A DNA stretch of 32,000 nt from Methanopyrus kandleri AV19 (lineage in GTDB: Archaea; JAADCQ01; Methanopyri; Methanopyrales; Methanopyraceae): positions 870,001 through 902,000 of the forward strand of contig NC_003551.1 of assembly GCF_000007185.1 (NCBI RefSeq), in the 5' to 3' direction. The translations under genes were made by a program, and so were the position numbers. Of this stretch, positions 25,204-32,000 are shown one piece after another. Numbering within the stretch: the first letter of the stretch is position 1; each line of letters opens with the position of its first letter. The notes under the pieces were generated by a model. That model was given only the letters and a program-made list of their open reading frames with translations. It ran no database searches and was not told the origin of the DNA.

Positions 25204-25467
25204 ATGCCGGAGCGCCTGTACGTTAGGGACTACATGGTCGTAGGTGTCGCTCAGGTCCGGATGACGGACACCGTACGAGACGCCGTTCGTGAGATGGCCC
25301 GGGCCGGCGTACATGGATTGGCCGTTGTGGGCCTTGACGGTGAGCTGGTCGGAGTGCTAGAAGAAGAGCACATAATGGATCTCGTGGTGGAGCGGAGGGG
25401 AGATTGGGCGGATATCCTCGAGACGCCTGTCGAGAAGGTGATGAACCCTGAACCGGCTATCGTGTAG
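25204..25467 (+). CDS. CBS-domain protein, as terminated by TAG (first CBS domain plus start of second)
   Basis: ORF track. Typical CBS pattern VRDYMVVGVAQVRMTDTVRDAVREMARAGVHGLAVVGLDGELVGVLEEEHI. Confidence 0.7.
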   Translation: MPERLYVRDYMVVGVAQVRMTDTVRDAVREMARAGVHGLAVVGLDGELVGVLEEEHIMDLVVERRGDWADILETPVEKVMNPEPAIV

Positions 25468-25605
25468 CCGGGCGACACTCTCCTCGACGCACTGGAGGAG
25501 ATGGAGCGCAAGAAGACCACTCGAGCTTTCGTGGTGAGCTGTGAAGGAACGCCCGTCGGCGTCATCAGTGTCACGGATATCCTGAGTGCGATCATTCAGA
25601 GCTGA
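25468..25605 (+). other. in-frame continuation encoding the rest of the second CBS domain after the TAG
   Basis: Same frame after TAG 25465-25467: PGDTLLDALEEMERKKTTRAFVVSCEGTPVGVISVTDILSAIIQS, then TGA 25603-25605. It completes a canonical CBS pair. Confidence 0.6.
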
Positions 25606-26863
25606 TTATCGGCAGTATACGCTCCTCCGCCATCTTCGCCACGGTGAGGTAGGTATCCAGCGACACGGGAAGCTCCGGTGCTGAGCCTAGCTGGCTGGGT
25701 ATCCGCGGGTGCTCCGGGGTCACCGGGTGCCGGTCGTGAATCTCCTCCCCGAGGGTCAAAGCTAGCTCTTCGACGCGCAGGCCCATCCTCCTAGTATCTT
25801 CTTCGAACACCTCCACCACCCTCACATCGGTGTCCTCCCGTACACACTCGGTTACCCAACCTTCGCATTCCTCACGCGTGCACAGCAGTATGACGTCCTC
25901 TACGCCTAATTTCTCGAAGGCCTCCATCTGCGTCCAGAAGACGTAGTGACACTCGCCCTTCTCGTCCTTCCAGAGTTTCCTCTTGGACCGCTTGGTCCGT
26001 CGCTGTAGGAACCACATGTACGAGAAATCGAACAAGGGTACGTTCAGGAGGGCCGACAAGAAGTGTGCGTACAAACTGCTCTGGATATCCACGTATCCCA
26101 CCGCGAGGTCTGAGCTCCTCCATCCTATCTCGGCCGTGATCCCGTCGACACCCCAAGCCATGACCCTTGGGAGGTACTTCCAGTTGAGCCACCACACTTT
26201 CACATCTTCCGGTATTTTCTTGAGCGAGATCACTCTGTTTGCGGGGATCGCATCGAGTTCGACGATCTCCCGGCCAACGCGCAGGTAAGGCGAAACGACG
26301 GTATCGGCTTCTACTTCCTCCACCAGGTTCGTTGGAGACGAAACCGCGTTCCTCGCGGCGCAAACCGTCGCTGTCTTGGCCAGTGCGAGCGCGAACAGTG
26401 CCCGTTTCAGTTCGGTACGGCCGAACACGTACGAGATGCGGCCCATCGAGTACTCCAGCTCGAGTAACGTGGGTGAGTCGACCTCGAAAATCGGTGGGAT
26501 CGCGACCTCCGACGGGGCCTCCTCGCGTCGGCTCGTCGAGACCGATAACTCACGAAGCCTGCGCCTGAACTCACGGACCGCGGACAGTAGGCGGTCCTCC
26601 AGTCCGCGCTCCGGCTCTTCTTCCCTCTCGACGTGGACCCGGATCTCCATCGGCCCTTCGGCAACCCGAGGTGAGATCGTTACGTTCTCTGGAACGTTAA
26701 GGCGGACTTCCATGGACTCGTCCTTCGAGAGTATCAGGAGATGTTCTCCGTGCCAGACGACTCGGCAACCCTCGGGTACCTTGATTTCGGCGGAGTCGAG
26801 AGAGTCAAAGGCGCGAGAGAGGCAGGCGACCAGATTAAGTACGGGGTTATCGGCCTCCTCCAT
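25592..26863 (-). CDS. hypothetical protein (423 aa), no recognisable domain
   Basis: Long ORF with balanced composition and GC3-rich codons. The antisense ORF 26376..27089 is an S/R-rich shadow. Confidence 0.65.
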   Translation of the reverse strand: MEEADNPVLNLVACLSRAFDSLDSAEIKVPEGCRVVWHGEHLLILSKDESMEVRLNVPENVTISPRVAEGPMEIRVHVEREEEPERGLEDRLLSAVREFRRRLRELSVSTSRREEAPSEVAIPPIFEVDSPTLLELEYSMGRISYVFGRTELKRALFALALAKTATVCAARNAVSSPTNLVEEVEADTVVSPYLRVGREIVELDAIPANRVISLKKIPEDVKVWWLNWKYLPRVMAWGVDGITAEIGWRSSDLAVGYVDIQSSLYAHFLSALLNVPLFDFSYMWFLQRRTKRSKRKLWKDEKGECHYVFWTQMEAFEKLGVEDVILLCTREECEGWVTECVREDTDVRVVEVFEEDTRRMGLRVEELALTLGEEIHDRHPVTPEHPRIPSQLGSAPELPVSLDTYLTVAKMAEERILPIISSE

Positions 26864-26884
26864 CCCTGAACAGCCCGGCCCTTA

Positions 26885-27475
26885 TCAACCCTTGATCAAT
26901 TTGACGACTTCGCCCACACGACGGCCGGTATTACGCGCCGTTTCGATACCCGTTTCATCCTCCTCCACGTCTCCGGGCTCGAGTCCTACGCCCGCACCAC
27001 CGAAGTGCGCCGTGGGGTCCGAGTCTCCGACCACGATCATGGCGTGGATCATGAAGAAGTTCTGGATGTCCCGTAGTGTGTGCTCCTGACCTCCGTTACG
27101 GGCACCTCCTATGGCGATGGCTCCCCCGACTTTGTCTTTCAACTCCCAATTTATCCTCAGTGGGCGTGTTCTATCTATCAGCGCCTTCAGTTGCGCACTC
27201 ACGCCGCCGTAGTACACGGGGGAGCCCACGATCATCCCGTCACACTCGCGCATCAGCTCGTAAACGTCCTGCATGTCGTCATCTATGGCGCACTCGCCCG
27301 TTTCCAGACACTCGCCACACGCTTCGCAGGGGGAGATATCCAGATCTCGCACGGTGATGAACTCCGTCTCCTCACCGGACACCTCCTCCGCGGCCTCGAG
27401 GGCGATCCTCACGAGGTACTCCGTGTTCCCTTCCCGCGGGCTCCCGGAGATGCCTAAAATCATCCTACGTCGCAC
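26885..27475 (-). CDS. isf: iron-sulfur flavoprotein (NADPH-dependent FMN reductase fold)
   Basis: [13 protein letters not shown] flavodoxin-like start. Compact cysteine motif [13 protein letters not shown] (CX2CX2CX5C). [15 protein letters not shown]. Confidence 0.8.
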   Translation of the reverse strand: MRRRMILGISGSPREGNTEYLVRIALEAAEEVSGEETEFITVRDLDISPCEACGECLETGECAIDDDMQDVYELMRECDGMIVGSPVYYGGVSAQLKALIDRTRPLRINWELKDKVGGAIAIGGARNGGQEHTLRDIQNFFMIHAMIVVGDSDPTAHFGGAGVGLEPGDVEEDETGIETARNTGRRVGEVVKLIKG

Positions 27476-27490
27476 CCCCGGGGTTTCGAG

Positions 27491-28330
27491 TTGAGACGCG
27501 TCGTGATACTATGGAACCCGGACGACCCAGCCTCTAAAAACATCGCGGAAAGCCTGACCGAGGACGCCGAAAAGCTCGATACCGAGGATCTCCAACACTA
27601 CACCGTCGAAACCTGGGAACGTGACGGTGTCCGCTTCCACCTGACCGCCGCCCTCGGCGATCTCATCGAGGAGGACGAGGCACGGGAACTCGCCCGTAAG
27701 TTCGACGTCATCGTGTTCGCCTCACGCCACGAGAGCAGGACGAAGAAGCCCTCACTCACCGTGCACGTACCCGGCAACCCGACCCCCGAGGCCAAGTTCG
27801 GTGGTAAGCCGCTGGAGGTCTGTACGGCCGATCCGGCGGGTATGAAGGCCGCCCTCCTCGAGCTCAAGCGTTTCCGGGACAAGCGTGGCCTGGATTACGA
27901 CGTCTGCTACGAGGTAACGCACCATGGACCCCGCGATCCGGGGGCTCCCTGCTTCTTCATCGAGATCGGTTCCGACGAGGAGCGCTGGACGGACGAAGAG
28001 GCCGGAGAGGCGTGCGCCCGCGCGATACTCGCGGCCGTCGATCCACCCGACGTCAAAGCCGTGGTCGGCTACGGCGGTGGACACTACGCTCCCGCCCATA
28101 CCGACGCGGCCCTCTCCAATCGGAAGCTCGCTTACGGTCACATAGTGCCGGACTACGCCGTCGATCACGACTACCTACGCGATCAGTTCCGCGAGGTGGT
28201 CGACAAAACCCCTAGAGCCCGCGAGATTATCGTCGACGACCGTAACCTCGATTCCGGGATCGTGGAGCGGCTCGAGGATCTCGTCCGCGATCGCGGTCTC
28301 CGTCTCCGTGACGTCGAGGAGGTGAAGTGA
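27491..28330 (+). CDS. dtdA: D-aminoacyl-tRNA deacylase, archaeal type
   Basis: [22 protein letters not shown] and EVTHHGP motifs characteristic of the archaeal DtdA family. TTG start. Confidence 0.8.
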
Positions 28331-28837
28331 GTGATCCGCCGCGGGCAGAACCTCGAGGGTCCGCCGGGCCGATACCGACGGATCGGTGCGGTCGTCCGAG
28401 TCGGTCCTTACGCCCTTTTCCTCACCGTCCGTGGCCCGAGACCCGCTCCTAAGAAGGTCCGCGTCGACGGGATCCGCTGTCCATTACTCCGCGAAGAACC
28501 CGGGCTCAACGTCGCCGTTTACGCCTTCGAGTTCCCCGAGATCGTCAAACCGGACGAGATCGCCGAACCCGAGCTCGGTGAGGCCACACTCGAAGCCGGG
28601 GACGAGTATCCCTGCCGTATCGAGGATGTCGACAGGAACAACCTCCGGATCACCATCCCCTCCTACCTCCCACGGCCCGGCGACGCCGGCGCCCCGATAG
28701 TCCAGAACGACCGCGTCGTCGGTATGCTCGCCTCCTATTGGCTCAACGATATGCTCGGAATGGGGCCCCGCGCCGACGTCGCCCTCCGCGAGATCGTCGA
28801 TTACCTCCGCCGTCGGACCCGCAGCTCCACCGCGTAG
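28331..28837 (+). CDS. small protein resembling the C-terminal barrel of a trypsin-like protease, with the catalytic Ser replaced (GDAGAP)
   Basis: The GTG start abuts the dtdA TGA. RPGDAGAPIVQNDRVVGMLAS parallels the GDSGGP...G..s motif of chymotrypsin-fold proteases but has Ala at the nucleophile position. Confidence 0.5.
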   Translation: MIRRGQNLEGPPGRYRRIGAVVRVGPYALFLTVRGPRPAPKKVRVDGIRCPLLREEPGLNVAVYAFEFPEIVKPDEIAEPELGEATLEAGDEYPCRIEDVDRNNLRITIPSYLPRPGDAGAPIVQNDRVVGMLASYWLNDMLGMGPRADVALREIVDYLRRRTRSSTA

Positions 28838-29631
28838 TGGTCCAACGCCGGGGAGAAACTCTTCACGCGCCGTACTTCCAGTACCTCGCCCTCAAAACCA
28901 TCCGGCAGCGCGTTCAGCACTTCTCGGGCCACCCGGTCCTCTCCCCATCGCTTCTGGAACACCTCGTGTACGACCAGGACTCCACCGTCCCGTACCGCCC
29001 GACACGCGTACGGCAAGAACTTCAGCGTCCCCTTCAGATACCCCATCAACACCCGGTCCGCCGCCCGCACGAACCGTGCCACCTCTCGACAGTCCCCTAA
29101 GAACACTCGTACCCGCCCTTCCACACCGTTCAGCCGCGCGTTCTCCACCAGGTACCGGCACGCCACGGGGTTCAGCTCTGCCGCTATCACCTCCGCCCCC
29201 GCCAGTGCCGCCGGTAGCGTGAAGTAACCGATCCCGGCGAACATGTCGAACACAAGCTTTCCTTCCAGGTCCGATTCCAGCAGCCGGCGGCGCTCCTCCA
29301 GGTTCCCCCGTGCGAACATCACCCGCGTCGGGTCCAACTTGAACCGGATTCCCAGCTCCCGGTGCACGGTTTCCGCGTTCCGATCCCCCGCTACGACCTC
29401 CCCAACCGGCTCTCGAAACGTTCCACTCACGCGGCGTAGCGCCACCACCGATCGCGCCCCGGTCACCTCACGGAGGATCCGTCCCACCTCCCGTCGGTAC
29501 GCCCACGCCCGCTCGTCGAACAACCGGATGACTACCACATCGCCCAGCTCCTGCCAACGGTGTGGTACCGAGTCCGCGACATCCGGCAGTTCCTCCTCCA
29601 GTCTCCGCGCGAACTCCTCGCGGGACAGCAC
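28801..29631 (-). CDS. trm5: tRNA (guanine37-N1)-methyltransferase Trm5 family (start revised to GTG 29631)
   Basis: FDMFAGIGYFTLPAA SAM-binding motif and AAELNP. GTG 29631 lies 1 nt after the upstream TGA, with GGGGGGAT upstream. The track start 29754 overlaps the upstream gene by 122 nt. Confidence 0.8.
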   Translation of the reverse strand: MLSREEFARRLEEELPDVADSVPHRWQELGDVVVIRLFDERAWAYRREVGRILREVTGARSVVALRRVSGTFREPVGEVVAGDRNAETVHRELGIRFKLDPTRVMFARGNLEERRRLLESDLEGKLVFDMFAGIGYFTLPAALAGAEVIAAELNPVACRYLVENARLNGVEGRVRVFLGDCREVARFVRAADRVLMGYLKGTLKFLPYACRAVRDGGVLVVHEVFQKRWGEDRVAREVLNALPDGFEGEVLEVRRVKSFSPALDHYAVELRVRRRR

Positions 29632-29632
29632 T

Positions 29633-30397
29633 TCATCCCCCCGCCAGCTCGGCCGCCAGTCGCAACGCCCGTGCGTAACCCGACGCCCGCTGCGCTCGTG
29701 AGGTATCCACGAACACCACACCTCGTTCGAGCGCCGCCAGCACCGGTGCCCCATGACTCCGGAAGCCCGCCACCAGCGACAGGCACCGGAACGTCAGGTT
29801 CCCCAGCACCCCGTTCACGAACAGTACGACGTCACGTTCCAGTGCTTCCTCCACCAGAATTCCGACGTGTTCCACCTCCATCCCGCGCTCCTTCAACAGC
29901 CGCGCGACCAACTCCCCGTCCGCCAACCACCTGTCGATCTCCGACCGCCTACCGAAGTCCTCCAGTCGTCCCGAGGACACCACTGCGACCGACGGTTCCC
30001 TCCGAGTCAGCCGTCGGTGGAACCTCGCGGCCAGCTCCCCTAACTTCACCAAGGATTCCACCTCCCATCCCTCGTCGATCCCCACCGGGGCCAGCAGCAC
30101 CCGTCGACCCTCCGCTTCGAGCACCGTCGACCGGCCCGTGAACGGTAGGTCCAGTGCGTCGACAAGCTCCCGTACACACCGTCCCGATACCGCCCCCCGC
30201 ACCGCCGCGTCCAACCTACCCTCGACGAGGTCCTCCACCAACGCCCGCCCCGGGTCCTTCGCGCGTACTTCCTCCACATCCGCGTCGAGCTCGACGTTGT
30301 GGTACACCACGACGTCCACGTCCGCGCGTTCCACGGCTTCCAGCACGCGCTCCGCGGCACCAGGCACGTCGCCGGACAGCGCTATCCCGACCCTCAT
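29633..30397 (-). CDS. phosphate acyl/acetyltransferase-fold protein (MtxX / methanogenesis-marker-4-like)
   Basis: PTA/PlsX-like C-terminal pattern DVVLFVNGVLGNLTFRCL. Start placed at ATG 30397 (MRVGIALSGD), with GGGGGTG 5 nt upstream. The track start is 30472. Confidence 0.55.
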   Translation of the reverse strand: MRVGIALSGDVPGAAERVLEAVERADVDVVVYHNVELDADVEEVRAKDPGRALVEDLVEGRLDAAVRGAVSGRCVRELVDALDLPFTGRSTVLEAEGRRVLLAPVGIDEGWEVESLVKLGELAARFHRRLTRREPSVAVVSSGRLEDFGRRSEIDRWLADGELVARLLKERGMEVEHVGILVEEALERDVVLFVNGVLGNLTFRCLSLVAGFRSHGAPVLAALERGVVFVDTSRAQRASGYARALRLAAELAGG

Positions 30398-30992
30398 ACG
30401 GACACCCCCGGCGACCTCCACCCCTCCCGGAGAACTTACCGTCCACGGTCCGACAGCGACCGGCTCGGGCACGCGACCGCGCTCCCTGATGACCGTCCGG
30501 GGCGCCCCTCCGACGCGTGGCTGAACGTCACACGTCTCCGTGCGTCACGACGGCATCGCTATTAACCGGCGGGCCCACCCGGGACCTCCCGGGAGGGTGA
30601 GGAGAGACGGCCCTGGCCGACGTCGATGAGGAGGCTCGGGCAATTCCGACGGCCTCGCCCTCTCGGATTCCCTCGAGAGGCGACGGTCGGTAGTACCACT
30701 TACGTACGGCTTCCGCACGGTCGTCGAAGGACCGTATGGTGGTCTACGTATTACCATCCGGCTATCGTCGTATAGTGGGTGCGATCTACCACTACGGTCT
30801 ACGTACGGCTCGCATACCGTCGGCGCATCGTCGTCCGACGGTTACGGGACGGTTGGGTCGGTGAAGGGCATCGCAGCGACCGCCCTGCCGACCGTCCGAA
30901 ACGCCACGTGTTTGGCGGAAAAGGAACCTGTTTCTGAAATCTATTCGCGTTGGAGCCGGTGTAGTCCCAGGATTGGCGGTACGATGAGTTCT

Positions 30993-31520
30993 TCAGAGGA
31001 TCTCCCAGCGTCGGTCGAACGCGTTCCACTGGAGATGAACGCGACGTCTTCGGGCTTTCCGGATGATCCGCTCGGTTTCTTCGGGCCCCTCGGTCTCGGC
31101 CGCGGTGGCCGCACCGTGGACCGCCCAACCGTCGCCGAACAGGGAACCGTCGGGAAGCGGTGTCGCACGGTACCGGGTTGCGAGACTCCAGAGTCGACCG
31201 AATGGATAGCGATCGGGTGGGTTACGAGCCACGACGGTGGGAATGCCCTCGGGACCGGTCAGCTCGAGGCCGAGCTCGACGGCCTTCATCACGGTCTCCG
31301 GCTCCACGTCGACGAGTAGCACGGCGGCTAGGAGCAGGCGGTGTCGGTACACCAGCATAGCGTGCGGTCGGAGGTCGAGGGTGAGACGGCGCTGGAGGAA
31401 GCGATCGAGGAACGTCGCCGCTACCCTTCGAGCTTCCGGCGGCGGTTCCCCCTCGATCCTGTCCCTCCAAACCCGGGAATCACGCCGCAGCAGGATTCGA
31501 AACAGGAGGGCTCCCCCCAC
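30993..31520 (-). CDS. hypothetical protein (175 aa)
   Basis: GC3-biased codon usage and balanced composition, in contrast to the overlapping plus-strand ORFs. Divergent from argG. No motif recognised. Confidence 0.45.
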   Translation of the reverse strand: MGGALLFRILLRRDSRVWRDRIEGEPPPEARRVAATFLDRFLQRRLTLDLRPHAMLVYRHRLLLAAVLLVDVEPETVMKAVELGLELTGPEGIPTVVARNPPDRYPFGRLWSLATRYRATPLPDGSLFGDGWAVHGAATAAETEGPEETERIIRKARRRRVHLQWNAFDRRWEIL

Positions 31521-31573
31521 GGAGCGGTGGACGTTTTAACGTCCGAGGTCACGGGGCGCCGGGGGTGCGTGCG

Positions 31574-32000
31574 ATGTCGCGGGTGGTTCTCGCGTATTCA
31601 GGAGGCTTGGATACCTCGGTTTGCATCGAGCTCCTGCGGGAGCGGTACGGGTACGACGAGGTGATCACGGTGACCGCGGACGTGGGTCAGCCGGAGGAGG
31701 AGCTGCGGGAGGCGGAGGAGAAGGCACGGAAGCTCGCGGATGAGCACTTCACGGTCGACTGTGTGGACGAGTTCGTGTGTGAGTACTGCTGGCGAGCCGT
31801 GAAGGCGAACGCGACGTACGAGGGGTACCCTCTGAGCACGGCGCTGGCCCGACCGCTGATCGCGCAGAAGGTCCTGGAAGTGGCGCGTGATGTGGACGCG
31901 GACGCGGTCGCACACGGGTGCACGGGGAAGGGCAACGACCAGTTCCGGTTCGAGTCGTATTTGCGGGCGCACGGCGGTGAGGAGTTCGAGATCGTGGCTC
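31574..32000 (+). CDS. argG: argininosuccinate synthase, 5' part (continues beyond window)
   Basis: Not in the ORF track because there is no stop in the window. ATG 31574 has GGGGGTG upstream. [16 protein letters not shown] (PP-loop) ... [16 protein letters not shown] ... [15 protein letters not shown]. Confidence 0.9.
   Translation, partial: MSRVVLAYSGGLDTSVCIELLRERYGYDEVITVTADVGQPEEELREAEEKARKLADEHFTVDCVDEFVCEYCWRAVKANATYEGYPLSTALARPLIAQKVLEVARDVDADAVAHGCTGKGNDQFRFESYLRAHGGEEFEIVA

Noticed and set aside
25465-25467. Pyrrolysine at the in-frame TAG of the CBS gene
   Set aside because: Nothing in the window supports Pyl machinery. The aligned position in CBS domains is a variable surface residue. 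This cannot be claimed without pylS/pylT evidence, so it is kept only as an unexplained in-frame stop.
30473-30992. RNase P RNA or SRP (7S) RNA in the structured non-coding region
   Set aside because: I could not find the universally conserved GAGGAAAGUCC / ACAGAA-type RNase P elements or the SRP helix-8 GGAA..AGCA motif on either strand. The region is left as an unassigned structured region.
30861-31319. Plus-strand 152-aa ORF overlapping the 175-aa minus-strand ORF
   Set aside because: Its composition and codon third positions look less gene-like than the minus-strand frame. The minus-strand ORF was kept, at low confidence.

Overview
GC-rich archaeal (methanogen) chromosomal window, densely coding on both strands. 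It has strong GGAGGTGA-type Shine-Dalgarno sites, many GTG/TTG starts and many antisense 'shadow' ORFs. The content points to Methanopyrus kandleri or a close relative; this is inference only, since no search was possible. The supporting features are an F420-reducing [NiFeSe] hydrogenase, a cytidine-deaminase/THUMP fusion matching the published CDAT8 tRNA C8->U8 editing enzyme, a tRNA gene encoding C at position 8, and a Mur-ligase homologue as expected for pseudomurein. Left to right: (i) 0.8-6.9 kb holds a minus-strand surface-glycan operon: GtrA-like, SIS isomerase, GlmU-like nucleotidyltransferase, three small membrane proteins and a 739-aa polytopic membrane protein. Its distal ~2 kb is strikingly AT-rich. 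(ii) glmM-top6B. (iii) An orphan CARF/DxTHG (Csx1-like) gene with a convergent HEPN-motif mini-ORF, next to an intron-containing tRNA-Asn. (iv) A tightly coupled operon of MurT-like ligase, TM-anchored Cys/His protein and PflX radical SAM enzyme, with a divergent exported class-I amidotransferase-fold protein. (v) The fruA-fruG-fruB hydrogenase operon. The ORF track stops fruA at a UGA that is almost certainly selenocysteine (DIUxxCxxH plus a GAA_A SECIS hairpin), and a 59-bp perfect direct repeat brackets the Sec/SECIS module. (vi) Radical-SAM/TRAM, MBL, KsgA, CDAT8-like, CBS (with an in-frame UAG), Isf, DtdA, Trm5 and PTA-fold genes. (vii) A ~0.5 kb hairpin-rich non-coding stretch, then the 5' end of argG running off the right edge (absent from the ORF track). 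No CRISPR array, transposase, integrase or rRNA was seen. Coordinates I derived myself (not taken from the ORF track) may be off by 1-2 nt.
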